From contig CAZXNM010000003.1 in the NCBI GenBank assembly GCA_964641955.1, forward strand, positions 197,813-261,812: a DNA stretch of 64,000 bases, in the 5' to 3' direction. This document shows, piece by piece, positions 1-9,354 of this stretch; within the stretch, counting starts at the first letter, position 1, and each line of letters starts with the position of its first letter. The position numbers and the translations under genes were made by a program. Under the pieces are notes generated by a model. The model had not been told where the DNA came from. It ran no database searches and saw nothing but the letters and a program-made list of their open reading frames with translations. Origin of the DNA: an uncultured Planctomycetota bacterium. GTDB lineage: Bacteria; Planctomycetota; SKW154; DAOVDS01.

Positions 1-470
1 CGCGCGGGCTTGTCCGCAGGCTGCACGAGCGCATTCCGGGGCTGGCGCTTCGCACTTCGCTCATTGCGGGCTTTCCGGGCGAGACGGAAGACGATTTCAG
101 GAAGCTGCTCGATTTCGTGAAAGAAGGATATTTCCAGCGGCTCGGAGCATTCGAGTACTCGCGGGAAGAGGGAACGCCGGCCGGGAAGATGAGCGACCAG
201 CTTCCTCCCGGGGTAATTACCGACAGGCATGAGAGTCTGATGCTCGCTCAGCGGGAAGTCGCGCATTCCTTCGCTCGCAGCATGGTCGGCAAGCAGTTGG
301 AAGTGCTCGTGGAAAGGCGGACGGGGCAGGGAAGATTCGAGGGTCGCACTTACATGGACGCCCCTGAAATCGACTGTAGAGCCTTGATTGAGTTGGAAGA
401 TGCACCTGAAGACCCTGTGCCCGAGATGGAGGTTGTTGACACGTCGGGCTACGACCTTATACTAAGGTAG
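1..470 (+). CDS. rimO: ribosomal protein S12 methylthiotransferase RimO, C-terminal part (5' truncated by window edge; TRAM domain)
   Basis: Reading frame is open from nt 3. Motifs LIAGFPGETEDDF...LLDFV...RLGAFEYSREEGTPA followed by a TRAM-like C-terminus are typical of RimO/MiaB-family methylthiotransferases. Confidence 0.75.
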   Translation, partial: RGLVRRLHERIPGLALRTSLIAGFPGETEDDFRKLLDFVKEGYFQRLGAFEYSREEGTPAGKMSDQLPPGVITDRHESLMLAQREVAHSFARSMVGKQLEVLVERRTGQGRFEGRTYMDAPEIDCRALIELEDAPEDPVPEMEVVDTSGYDLILR

Positions 471-510
471 CGTCCGCCGGCACTCGTCCGTTTTCTTTGG
501 AGATTTCGCA

Positions 511-1092
511 TTGAACCTCCCCAACTTCCTTACAGTGCTGCGCCTCCTCATGTCTGTGGTCGTGTTTTCGATGTTGAGCGTGGCCGCCCGCAGGCCGGAG
601 CCGCCCTGGCTGCTTCTCGTTGTATCGCTTGTGCTTTTCGTCTTGACGGCGCTGACAGACATGCTCGACGGCATGATAGCCAGAAGATACGGCATGGTGA
701 CTACGTTCGGGCGCATTGCAGACCCGTTCGCGGACAAAGTTCTTACGGCGGGCAGCTTCATCTTCCTCCTCGGATTTCCCCAGACGTACCTTCAGCCGTG
801 GATGGTGGTGGTTATCCTCGGGCGCGAGTTCCTCGTATCCGGCCTGCGGGGATTCATCGAGGGACAGGGCAGGCAATTCCCGGCGATGATGTGGGGCAAG
901 GTGAAAGTCACATCGCAGTACTGCCTCATCGGCTGGCTCATCTTCCATGTCGCCAACACGAGCGATATAACCGGGTTTCAATATTTCACGAGAGTTGCGG
1001 TTATCGGAGTCACGGTGTGGACGGCACTCAGCGGCGTAGCATACCTCGTCAAGGCAATCAGGATTCTCAGAAGTGGCACAGAAAGCCAGTAA
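511..1092 (+). CDS. pgsA: CDP-diacylglycerol--glycerol-3-phosphate 3-phosphatidyltransferase
   Basis: CDP-alcohol phosphatidyltransferase signature DG(x2)AR...G(x3)D(x3)D (DGMIARRYG...FGRIADPFADKVL). Multi-TM, about 190 aa. Confidence 0.85.
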   Translation: MNLPNFLTVLRLLMSVVVFSMLSVAARRPEPPWLLLVVSLVLFVLTALTDMLDGMIARRYGMVTTFGRIADPFADKVLTAGSFIFLLGFPQTYLQPWMVVVILGREFLVSGLRGFIEGQGRQFPAMMWGKVKVTSQYCLIGWLIFHVANTSDITGFQYFTRVAVIGVTVWTALSGVAYLVKAIRILRSGTESQ

Positions 1093-1561
1093 GATACTGC
1101 TGTCCTTCTTCGGCCTGGGTTATCTCCCCAAGATGCCGGGAACGTGGGGCTCCGCCGGAGCGGCCCTTGTCTACCTGGCGCTGGCATCGGCGGGACTTCC
1201 CATGCTTCCTCTTTGTCTCGGGCTCGCGGCGGCCTTCACCGTGCTGACTATTGCGCTGGGAGGCTGCGCGGAGGAAGCCTACGGCAGGAAGGACCCGTCG
1301 CAGGTGGTCACGGACGAGGTCGCGGGCTACTTCGTCTCTGCGGCGTTTCTTGTTGATGTCAAACCTGTTACAGCCGCCGTGCTGGCCTTCTTCCTGTTCC
1401 GGTTCTTCGACATCGTGAAGCCGCCGCCCGTCAGGCAGATAGAGAAGCTGCCGCGCGGCTGGGGCCTGACTCTCGACGACGTGGCCGCAGGTGTTTTCGC
1501 CTGCGCAGCGGGGCACCTGGCGATTATATATATCATTCCAAGGCTGCCATTCGGCGCTTAG
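1073..1561 (+). CDS. pgpA: phosphatidylglycerophosphatase A
   Basis: Conserved PgpA N-terminus FFGLGYLPKMPGTWGS and C-terminal FRFFDIVKPPP...DDVAAG. GTG start overlaps the pgsA stop by 20 nt. Confidence 0.8.
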   Translation: MAQKASKILLSFFGLGYLPKMPGTWGSAGAALVYLALASAGLPMLPLCLGLAAAFTVLTIALGGCAEEAYGRKDPSQVVTDEVAGYFVSAAFLVDVKPVTAAVLAFFLFRFFDIVKPPPVRQIEKLPRGWGLTLDDVAAGVFACAAGHLAIIYIIPRLPFGA

Positions 1562-1599
1562 GTGCACGCGGCTGCCCGGGTCGTGCCCGAACAAAACGC

Positions 1600-1627
1600 T
1601 TGACAATTTTGCCCTCGATTGTAATAT
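1600..1627 (+). promoter_or_regulatory. candidate sigma70-type promoter (TTGACA-N16-TAATAT) upstream of the GGDEF gene
   Basis: TTGACA at 1600-1605, 16-nt spacer, TAATAT at 1622-1627, about 70 nt upstream of the TTG start at 1700. A GGAGG RBS precedes that start. Confidence 0.4.
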
Positions 1628-1699
1628 GTAGATTCAAGAATGCGCCGGCGTGCGTACGCGTTGCGTGCGCTGCGCGGTGACTTCTGGCCGGAGGCCTGA

Positions 1700-2908
1700 T
1701 TGACTGAGCTTACCGATAGAGAGAAAGCGGTCGAGATAATCGAGGAGTGCATTACGGACTCCGGCAAGAAGGAGATTGTGCTCAAGTGCCTCGCGGACCT
1801 CGACGACGACAGGAACAACGGGCTCAAGCTTCTCAGGAAGCTGAAGCTCGATTTCGACACTGTAATCGAGGTCGCAAGCCAGATAAACGCCAAGAGCCTC
1901 GACATCGAACTCATCGAGCGATTCACACTGAATACGGTCATGGGCCAGTTCGCCGTGCAGCAGGTCTTCCTGATGCGCAGGCAGGACCATTCCGAGCCGA
2001 AAATCGTGCCTGTCGCCGCCAAGAACGTCGAGGTTCCATTCTTCGAGTTCGTGGCCGACGGACCGTTCGCCATGAAGCTGGTAGAGAAGTCAGGACCGTT
2101 CGAGGTTGACGAAGCGGCCGGGATGTTCGGCGAGTTCGAGGAATACAAGGCGCTGCAGAAGTCCGGCGTCGAGCTGTGCGTTCCCCTGATAAAAGAGGGC
2201 GACGAGACGGAAGTCGTGGATGTCAAGGGCCTGCTCTGCCTCGGGAAGAAATTCAACAGGCTCAAGTTTACGGACGATGACAAGGAATTCCTCGGGCTAC
2301 TGGGGTCGATGGTTGCGATCTCGCTGCACAACGCGCAGCTTTACCATCGTTCGATACTCGACGAGATGACGCAGGTCTTCAGCCGCGGGCACTTCGACGT
2401 CTATCTCTCGCAGGAAATAGAGCGGGCGCGCCGCTATCGCAGGACCGAGGAAGGCAGCGATGTCGAGGTGCCGAGCGTGTCGCTGGTCATGTTCGATCTC
2501 GACGACTTCAAGAAGGTCAACGACACCTACGGCCACCAGGTCGGCGACGTCGTCCTGAGGCAGACGGCGCAGCTCGTGCGCGGCAAGGTCCGCTCGGCTG
2601 ACGTGGTTGCCCGGTACGGCGGGGAGGAGTTCGTAATCGTGCTGCCCGAGACGGCCAAGGACAACGCGGTGATGGCGGCGGAGAGGCTGAGAAAAGCCAT
2701 AGAGACCAACAAGATAAGAACAAGAGAATTCGGCGAGTTGAAGATAACGGTCAGCCTGGGCGTCTCGACATATCCGGTGGACGCGAGGGACGCGCACGGG
2801 CTTGTGAGGGCGGCCGACAAGGCCCTGTACAAGGCCAAGGGCGCCGGGAAGAACAGGATTGAGGCTGCCGAAGAGAAAGAAGATGATGCGGAGAACGCAG
2901 ACGGCTGA
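1700..2908 (+). CDS. GAF domain-containing diguanylate cyclase (GGDEF domain, GGEEF active-site motif)
   Basis: C-terminal GGDEF domain with RYGGEEFVIVLPET and the D(x)DDFK(x)VND region. The N-terminal half is GAF-like. TTG start preceded by GGAGG. Confidence 0.85.
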   Translation: MTELTDREKAVEIIEECITDSGKKEIVLKCLADLDDDRNNGLKLLRKLKLDFDTVIEVASQINAKSLDIELIERFTLNTVMGQFAVQQVFLMRRQDHSEPKIVPVAAKNVEVPFFEFVADGPFAMKLVEKSGPFEVDEAAGMFGEFEEYKALQKSGVELCVPLIKEGDETEVVDVKGLLCLGKKFNRLKFTDDDKEFLGLLGSMVAISLHNAQLYHRSILDEMTQVFSRGHFDVYLSQEIERARRYRRTEEGSDVEVPSVSLVMFDLDDFKKVNDTYGHQVGDVVLRQTAQLVRGKVRSADVVARYGGEEFVIVLPETAKDNAVMAAERLRKAIETNKIRTREFGELKITVSLGVSTYPVDARDAHGLVRAADKALYKAKGAGKNRIEAAEEKEDDAENADG

Positions 2909-2932
2909 GAATTAGCAACCGGGAATAGTTAC

Positions 2933-3379
2933 ATGGCTTCAGTGTTTTACGAGGAACTGATAGTCTCGAACGAAACGGCCAACCTGGCCAGTGTCAGGGA
3001 GTTCGTGCAGGCCAATATCGAGCGGACTGCTCTCGCGCCGAGCGAGCACGTCAAGGTAATACTCGCGGTTGACGAGGCCGTCTCGAATATCATGAGGCAC
3101 GCCTACGAGGACTTCGCGAAAGGCACCAGGAGCATTGAGATAGTCTTCAAGGCTGACGAAGAGAAAATAATACTCACGCTCAAGGACAGCGGGAGGGAGT
3201 TCGACCCGACAGATGTCAATGAGCTGAATATCTCCGAGCACGTAAAGCTCGGTAAGAAGTACGGTCTCGGTCTCTTTCTCATGCGGAGGATTATGGACGA
3301 GGTCAAGTTCGTCTTCCGCTCGGGAATAGAGAATATGCTGACAATGGTTAAGTACATTAAGCCTCCCGAACCGAAGTAG
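2933..3379 (+). CDS. anti-sigma regulatory factor / serine-protein kinase (RsbW/SpoIIAB-like, HATPase_c)
   Basis: About 148 aa. Motifs DEAVSNIMRHAYE and GLGLFLMRRIMDEV are typical of GHKL-type anti-sigma factor kinases. Confidence 0.75.
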   Translation: MASVFYEELIVSNETANLASVREFVQANIERTALAPSEHVKVILAVDEAVSNIMRHAYEDFAKGTRSIEIVFKADEEKIILTLKDSGREFDPTDVNELNISEHVKLGKKYGLGLFLMRRIMDEVKFVFRSGIENMLTMVKYIKPPEPK

Positions 3380-3434
3380 GCGAGGTGCGGCTGACGGAAA
3401 AGACGAGAATCCAGACAGCGCTTAGGAGAACACG

Positions 3435-3791
3435 ATGTCCGGACTTGCAATCAACCAGAGAGAACTCGAAGACGGCATAATACTTATCACAGCCTCCGGA
3501 TTTCTCGATGCCCACACCTTCGAGGAGATGGAAAACGTCATCGAGGACCTCTTCCGCCAGCGGGTCTTCAAGATAATAGTCCGGCTCGACGGCCTCGACT
3601 ACATATCCAGCGCGGGGGCGGGCGTCTTCATAGGCGCCATAGGCACGGCCACGCAGAACGGGGGGAACATCGTCCTGCTGAGCCCGTCGCCGAACGTCAA
3701 GGAAGTGTTCGACCTGCTGGGCCTCTCGCAGATATTTCCCATAGTCTTCCACCAGGAAGAGGCGATGCAGTACTTCGACCAGGCCGTGTGA
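3435..3791 (+). CDS. STAS-domain anti-sigma-factor antagonist (RsbV/SpoIIAA-like)
   Basis: About 118 aa. LDYISSAGAGVFIG with the conserved phospho-Ser position and a terminal LLGLSQIF...A helix are typical of anti-anti-sigma factors. Confidence 0.8.
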   Translation: MSGLAINQRELEDGIILITASGFLDAHTFEEMENVIEDLFRQRVFKIIVRLDGLDYISSAGAGVFIGAIGTATQNGGNIVLLSPSPNVKEVFDLLGLSQIFPIVFHQEEAMQYFDQAV

Positions 3792-3843
3792 ACTCTCTTG
3801 AGCCCGCAGAAAGGGTCGTGCCACGGACAGCCGCCGCGACAGA

Positions 3844-4284
3844 ATCACGGAACCGCCGGTCATCGTAAGCGCCTGCCTGCTCGGGCTTCCGACGCGCTAC
3901 GACGACAAATCACTCACAGGAGTCATCTTGCCCGAACAGTTCAGGGGAAGAGTCCTCATTCCCGTCTGTCCGGAACAGCTCGGTGGTTTGCCGACTCCGA
4001 GACCTTCCCAGGAGTTCAGCGGCGGCACCGGGATGGATGTCCTGGAAGGCAGGGCGCGTGTCGTGAACATCGAGGGAGCGGATGTCACACGCAGCTTCGT
4101 CAGGGCGGCGGAGATTATTTGCGAGTTAGCGAGTGCGCTCGGGGCGACAGAAGCGCTGCTCAAAGATGGCTCTCCCGCCTGCGGCGTGAGTCGCGTGACG
4201 GTGGATGGCAGGGAGTGCGCCGGCCTTGGCGTCACCGCCGCCGCGCTAAAACGCCTCGGTCTTGCGCTTCACACTTGCGGTTAA
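3844..4284 (+). CDS. DUF523 / TudS-like [4Fe-4S] protein (2-thiouracil desulfidase family); start codon uncertain
   Basis: Conserved DUF523 blocks VSACLLG...RYDD, PVCPEQLGGLPTPRP and SPACGV (three Cys ligands). The frame is open from the stop at 3799, but there is no ATG/GTG/TTG before the conserved N-terminus. Only ATC at 3844 or CTG is available. Confidence 0.55.
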   Translation: MTEPPVIVSACLLGLPTRYDDKSLTGVILPEQFRGRVLIPVCPEQLGGLPTPRPSQEFSGGTGMDVLEGRARVVNIEGADVTRSFVRAAEIICELASALGATEALLKDGSPACGVSRVTVDGRECAGLGVTAAALKRLGLALHTCG

Positions 4285-4291
4285 TCCATTG

Positions 4292-6391
4292 TCATGCGAG
4301 CACGACGCGGGCATCGACCGCGCAGGTGCAGCCGCTGGCGCCCGAGACGAAGAACGGGTTCATCTCGAGCGATTGAATCTGCGGGAAATCGCCCGCGAGC
4401 TGCGACACGCGAAGAAGAGTGTCCTTTATCTTTTCCACGTCGGCTGGCTCCTTGCCCCTGTAGCCGGTCAGGAGCTTGTAGCCTTTTATCGATTTAACAA
4501 TGTCATCGGCGTCGAGGTCGGTGAGCGGGTACATCTTGAATGAGACATCGCGCAGCACTTCCACGTATATGCCGCCCAGGCCGAACATGATGAGCGGGCC
4601 GAAAGTCGGGTCGTACGTCATGCCGATTATGGTCTCGACTTCGCCTTCTATCATCTCCTGGATGAGTATGGCTTCGACCTCGTCCCTGCCGAAAGATTCG
4701 CGTATCCTGCGGTATTCGTTGAGCAGCCCCTGCTCATCCCGGATGTTGAGCGCGACGCCGCCGCGGTCGCTCTTGTGAGATATCTTGCCCGAGACGATCT
4801 TGAGAGCGAGGGGATAACCGTGCTTGCGGGCAAAGGCGGCTGCCGTTGCTTCATCCTCGACTGTCGCCGAGGCTGCTACATCTATTCCGTAAGCCGCCAG
4901 CACCTGCTGCGACTCGGCGATGGTCAGGAGCTTCCTGCCCTCGCCTCGCGTGGTCTCGAGGACGGCGGCGGCTGATTCCGTTTTGACCTTGAATTTTTTT
5001 ATCTTGCCGTGCGGGCGCCTGCGCCATTTCCGGTAACGCTCCAGTCCCTCGAGGGCGATGGCCGCGCTCTCGGGATAAGTGTACACTGGTATGTCGGACT
5101 CGCGCAGCAGCTTGAGCGCTCCCGTCTCGTCCTCCGCGCCCGTCATGAAGCACGCCAGGACGAGCTTGCCGGGATGGCTGTTTCTCGTATCGATGACCGA
5201 ACGGGCCACGGCTCTTGCATCGAGGAAGGCGGGCATGACGACGATGACCAGCGCACTGTCCACGTCGGGGTCCTTGAGTATGATGTCGAGGGCCTTCCCG
5301 AAATCGTCCGGACTGCTTGAGCCTGTCATGTCCACGGGATTGCCAACGGCCGCATCTTCGGACAGGAAGCTCGACAGCGACTTGAGCGTCTCCGGGCTGA
5401 AACGCGCCATTTCGAGGCCGCGCGTCGAGAGCGCATCCGTTGCGAGTATGCCCGGGCCGCCGCCGTTCGTGAGAATCGCCACTTTCGGACCGGCGGGCCG
5501 CGGCTGGCCGACGAAAGCCTTGGCCATGTCAAAGACTTCCTCTATCGTGTTCGCCCGAAGCACGCCGCACTGCTCGAAGAGCGCATCGACGGCGATGTCC
5601 ATGCCTGCCAGCGAGCCGGTATGACTGCTTGCCGCCCGGGCGCCGGCCACGGTCCTCCCGCTCTTGACGGCGATTATCGGCTTTACGCGGCTGAGTTCCC
5701 TGGCAATTCGGGAAAAATTGACCGGATTGCCGAAGCTTTCGAGGTACAGGAGCACGAGTTCCACGCTGGGGTCGTTCTTGAGATATTCCATCGTGTCGTT
5801 CGAGGTGACATCCGCCCTGTTGCCGAGGCTTATGAACTTGGAGAGGCCGAGATTCGTCTCAATCGAATAGTCGAGAATCGCCTCGCCCAGCGCTCCCGAT
5901 TGCGAGATGAACGCGGTCTTTCCGGTCAGGGGATAGGTTCTCGTGAAGCTGGCGTTCATCCTCACTTCGGGGTCCGTATTCACGACGCCCATGCAGTTAG
6001 GGCCCACCATTCTCATGCCTGACGAGCGCACTATGCGCGTAATCTCGGCTTCTATCCTCGCCCCTTCTTCGCCCGTCTCCTTGAATCCGGCTGTTATGAC
6101 GACAAGGCCTTTGACCTTTTTGCGGACGCACTGGTTTATCACTTCGGGCGCGATTCTCTTCGGAACCGCGATTATCGCCATCTCGACTTCGTCCGGGACA
6201 TCCTCAACGGTCGGGTAAGCTTTTATGGAATGAATAACATCTGCTTTTGGGTTTATGGGAAAGACTTTGCCGTTGAATTCCGCGGTAACCAGGTTATGCA
6301 CGATTTCATGGCCTATCTTGCCCGGCTTCTGGCTCGCGCCTATTACCGCGATTGACTTCGGCTTGAAAATACAGTCAAGAGAATCCGGCAT
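4292..6391 (-). CDS. acetyl-CoA synthetase (ADP-forming), fused alpha/beta subunits (NDP-forming acyl-CoA synthetase family)
   Basis: 699 aa. N-terminal CoA-binding fold KSIAVIGASQKPGKIGHEI, succinyl-CoA-synthetase-like ligase domain, and C-terminal ATP-grasp domain. Confidence 0.8.
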   Translation of the reverse strand: MPDSLDCIFKPKSIAVIGASQKPGKIGHEIVHNLVTAEFNGKVFPINPKADVIHSIKAYPTVEDVPDEVEMAIIAVPKRIAPEVINQCVRKKVKGLVVITAGFKETGEEGARIEAEITRIVRSSGMRMVGPNCMGVVNTDPEVRMNASFTRTYPLTGKTAFISQSGALGEAILDYSIETNLGLSKFISLGNRADVTSNDTMEYLKNDPSVELVLLYLESFGNPVNFSRIARELSRVKPIIAVKSGRTVAGARAASSHTGSLAGMDIAVDALFEQCGVLRANTIEEVFDMAKAFVGQPRPAGPKVAILTNGGGPGILATDALSTRGLEMARFSPETLKSLSSFLSEDAAVGNPVDMTGSSSPDDFGKALDIILKDPDVDSALVIVVMPAFLDARAVARSVIDTRNSHPGKLVLACFMTGAEDETGALKLLRESDIPVYTYPESAAIALEGLERYRKWRRRPHGKIKKFKVKTESAAAVLETTRGEGRKLLTIAESQQVLAAYGIDVAASATVEDEATAAAFARKHGYPLALKIVSGKISHKSDRGGVALNIRDEQGLLNEYRRIRESFGRDEVEAILIQEMIEGEVETIIGMTYDPTFGPLIMFGLGGIYVEVLRDVSFKMYPLTDLDADDIVKSIKGYKLLTGYRGKEPADVEKIKDTLLRVSQLAGDFPQIQSLEMNPFFVSGASGCTCAVDARVVLA

Positions 6392-6405
6392 TTTCGCCCC
6401 CGTAT

Positions 6406-7389
6406 CTACTTTAACCAGCCTGCGACATCCTTCGCGTGGTACGTCAGAATCATATCGGCGCCGGCACGCTTGAAACCGGTTAGAATTTCGAGCACGGTTC
6501 TTCGCTCATCGAGCCATCCTTTGGCAGCGGCCGCCTTCACCATGGCATATTCGCCGCTGACGCTATAGCACGCGACAGGTAGGTCGAATTCATCGCGCAC
6601 CAGGCTGATAATGTCCATGTATGCGAGCGCCGGCTTGACCATGACTATGTCGGCTCCCTCGGAGATGTCCAGCTCTACCTCACGCAGCGCCTCGCGCACG
6701 TTGGCCGGGTCCATCTGATAGGCGCTGCGGTCGCCGAATTGCGGCGGCGACTCTGCCGCGTCGCGGAAAGGGCCGTAGAACGCCGATGCGAACTTCGCCG
6801 AGTAGGCCATGATAACCGTGTTCTCGAACCCGGCCTTGTCGAGTGCATCTCTTATCGCGACGACCTGTCCGTCCATCATGGCCGAAGGCGCTACGACATG
6901 CGCCCCGGCCCGTGCCTGCGACAAGGCGGTCTTCGCCAGCAGCTTCAGGGTGGCGTCGTTATCGACCTCGAAATCGGCCCCGCGCTTTTTCACGACGCCG
7001 CAGTGGCCGTGGCTCGTGTACTCGCAGAGGCAGACATCCGTAATAACCAGAAGGTCCGGCACTTCCTTTCGTATGCGTTTTACCGCTTTCTGAACGATGC
7101 CGTCGGCTGCGTATGCGCCGGTTCCCATCCTGTCCTTCTTCGGTGGTATGCCGAAGAGAATCACTGCCGGGATTCCGGCAGCGAATAGCGAAGCAGCCTC
7201 TCTGGCCGCTTTATCCACGGACAACTGAAACTGGCCCGGCATGGAGGGGATGAGTTTTCGTACTTTCTTTCCTGGTCGCACGAACAGCGGCGCTATCAGG
7301 TCGTCGGTGCTCAGGCTCGTCTCTCTGACAAGCCTGCGTATAGCCTCGTTCCGCCTCAGCCGCCTCATTCTCGTTTCCGGGAAGTCCAT
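6406..7389 (-). CDS. hemB: porphobilinogen synthase (delta-aminolevulinic acid dehydratase)
   Basis: [16 protein letters not shown]...PLFV...SMPG N-terminus and active-site lysine context (VMVKPAL) of ALAD. 327 aa. Confidence 0.9.
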   Translation of the reverse strand: MDFPETRMRRLRRNEAIRRLVRETSLSTDDLIAPLFVRPGKKVRKLIPSMPGQFQLSVDKAAREAASLFAAGIPAVILFGIPPKKDRMGTGAYAADGIVQKAVKRIRKEVPDLLVITDVCLCEYTSHGHCGVVKKRGADFEVDNDATLKLLAKTALSQARAGAHVVAPSAMMDGQVVAIRDALDKAGFENTVIMAYSAKFASAFYGPFRDAAESPPQFGDRSAYQMDPANVREALREVELDISEGADIVMVKPALAYMDIISLVRDEFDLPVACYSVSGEYAMVKAAAAKGWLDERRTVLEILTGFKRAGADMILTYHAKDVAGWLK

Positions 7390-7410
7390 TTTCTCTCCTG
7401 TCTGTCGGTT

Positions 7411-8226
7411 TTATCCCTCGGACTCAACGTGCGCTGCAATCGCCCTGGCGAGTCCCGGCATTGTATGCTCGCGGGCTTCTATGTCAATGCGCAGGCCGAG
7501 CTTCCTCGCCACGCGCGAGGTTACCGGCCCGATAGATGCCAGCCTGGCTTTGCCGAGAAACCTTCTCAACTGCTGCGGTGCAGGCAGTCTTCCGTTTCCC
7601 GCGATTGCGGCGAGGCTGCGGACCGTCGAGCCGCTTGCCACCGTGACGAAATCAACCTTCAGGACCCGTTCTCGCAGCTTTTTCGCACCGGTACTGACAG
7701 GCACAGTTTCGTATAGGCTTCTGACAGTTACTTTCGCGCCCGCCGCACGCAGCCGCCGCGGCAGTGTCTCTCTCGCGCCCTTCGCCCGCAGAAGCAGCAC
7801 GGTCTTTCCGCCTACGCCACCTGCTTTCATCATGTCGGCCACGGATTCGGCGATGTACTTTTCCGGCACCGCCTTCACGCGGACGCGGCGCTTCCTGAGC
7901 GCGTCGGCAGTCCCGGGGCCGATGGCGACCACGCTGCTGCCGCGCAGGGCCTTCCCGCCTGCTTCGGCTCCTGCACGGCGGAAGAAATCGTCAACACCAT
8001 TGCGGCTCGTGAAAATGACGTAATCAAACTTTAGCCTGCCGGCGCAGAAGCGCTCGATAAACCTGTCCAACCGGATTGACCGGACGGGCTGAATCTCAAT
8101 CAGCGGAAACTCGACCGGCGTTGCGCCGAGCCTGCGAAGTATACGCGAGAACTCGCCCGCCTGATGTCCGGCGCGGGTGACGAGGATTTTCTTTCCCGCC
8201 AGCGGTTTTCGCGCGCTTCTAAGCAT
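7411..8226 (-). CDS. hemD: uroporphyrinogen-III synthase
   Basis: Sits between hemC and hemB. KKILVTRAGHQAGEF...PLIEI and duplicated half-domains typical of HemD. ATG at 8226 chosen over the upstream ORF start to avoid overlap with hemC. Confidence 0.7.
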   Translation of the reverse strand: MLRSARKPLAGKKILVTRAGHQAGEFSRILRRLGATPVEFPLIEIQPVRSIRLDRFIERFCAGRLKFDYVIFTSRNGVDDFFRRAGAEAGGKALRGSSVVAIGPGTADALRKRRVRVKAVPEKYIAESVADMMKAGGVGGKTVLLLRAKGARETLPRRLRAAGAKVTVRSLYETVPVSTGAKKLRERVLKVDFVTVASGSTVRSLAAIAGNGRLPAPQQLRRFLGKARLASIGPVTSRVARKLGLRIDIEAREHTMPGLARAIAAHVESEG

Positions 8227-8227
8227 A

Positions 8228-9166
8228 TCAGCTGCTCCCGCCGCGGACCTGCTGGAGTATCTCTTTCGCTCCCGCACCCATAAGCTCCTGAGCCACTTTC
8301 CATGTGACATCGCGCCAGTCGCTCGAATCGCCGTCCGCCTGCGCTTTCAGGACCCGGCTGCCGTCGGGCGAGACGACGCACGCGCTCAGGGCGACCTTCC
8401 CGTCGCTTACACGAGCCATGACGCCGATAGGCGCGCGGCACCCGCCTCCAAGAAGGTCCAGGAGTTGCCTCTCTGCCAGCGCCTCGGCTCTCGTCGGTTC
8501 GTGCTCGATGGAGCGAACTATATCGATAATATCAGAGTCTCTCACGCGTGCCTCGATAGCCACGATTCCCTGCGCTGCGGCCGGCTGCATTACGTCCGGC
8601 TCCAGCATCTCGGTAATAACATCTTCTTTGCCAAGTCTCCTGAGACCGGCGGCTGCCAGGACGATTGCGTCGAGGTCCATGGATTCGAGCTTCTGAAGCC
8701 TGGTCGGCACGTTGCCGCGCATGGAGATAATGTCGAAATCGCCGCGGAATGCCCGTAGCTGCGCTGCACGGCGGATGCTGCCAGTTCCGATGCGGGCGCC
8801 CTGGGGCAGGTCGGCGAGCTTCGCTCCGCTGCGCGAGACAAGCGCATCGCGCGGGTCCTCGCGCTTGAGGACACCGGCGACGGCGAGCCCTTCCGGTTGC
8901 GACGTCGGCAGGTCCTTGAGGCTGTGGACGGCGATATCCAGCGTCCGGTTGAGAAGATTGCGCTCAATCTCCTTGGTAAAAACGCCCGTGCCGAGCCGGG
9001 GTATCGCTTCTTCGGCGAAACGGTCTCCCGATGTCGTTACCGTCCTGATTGTGAAATCATGGCTGGGCCAGACGGCGGCGAGCTGCTCGACGGCCCATTT
9101 TGCCTGCGCCAGGGCGAGGTCGCTTCCCCGCGTCCCAACCAGAATCCTGCGGGAACCTTTCTGCAA
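8228..9166 (-). CDS. hemC: hydroxymethylbilane synthase (porphobilinogen deaminase)
   Basis: RILVGTRGSDLALAQA...TSGD and the dipyrromethane-cofactor Cys region (LGGGCRAPIG). 312 aa. Confidence 0.9.
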   Translation of the reverse strand: MQKGSRRILVGTRGSDLALAQAKWAVEQLAAVWPSHDFTIRTVTTSGDRFAEEAIPRLGTGVFTKEIERNLLNRTLDIAVHSLKDLPTSQPEGLAVAGVLKREDPRDALVSRSGAKLADLPQGARIGTGSIRRAAQLRAFRGDFDIISMRGNVPTRLQKLESMDLDAIVLAAAGLRRLGKEDVITEMLEPDVMQPAAAQGIVAIEARVRDSDIIDIVRSIEHEPTRAEALAERQLLDLLGGGCRAPIGVMARVSDGKVALSACVVSPDGSRVLKAQADGDSSDWRDVTWKVAQELMGAGAKEILQQVRGGSS

Positions 9167-9273
9167 TGCTGCTCCTCTCCGTACCGTGGGCGAGAAACAC
9201 GAATTTTACGGGCGTCGTGCCGTGCATGTCAACATCCATTGCAATTCCGCCCGGCGCGAGGGTCACATTTATG

Positions 9274-9302
9274 CTTGAAGAGAACCGAAGCGATTAGTAC
9301 AA
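9274..9302 (+). promoter_or_regulatory. candidate sigma70-type promoter (TTGAAG-N17-TACAAT) for folD
   Basis: Hexamers at 9274-9279 and 9297-9302 in the divergent hemC/folD intergenic region. AAAGGAGGA RBS immediately before the ATG at 9355. Confidence 0.35.
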
Positions 9303-9354
9303 TCATAAGTTCCACGACAGAACCTGCAAGTTCACGAGTTGAAAGGAGGATGCA

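Noticed and set aside
1558-2331. 257-aa Ser-rich minus-strand ORF
   Set aside because: Antisense to the GAF-GGDEF gene. Low-complexity composition typical of spurious ORFs in GC-rich DNA.
3798-4376. 192-aa plus-strand ORF overlapping the TudS-like gene in another frame
   Set aside because: Arg/His-rich product with no motifs. The alternative frame carries the full DUF523 signature.
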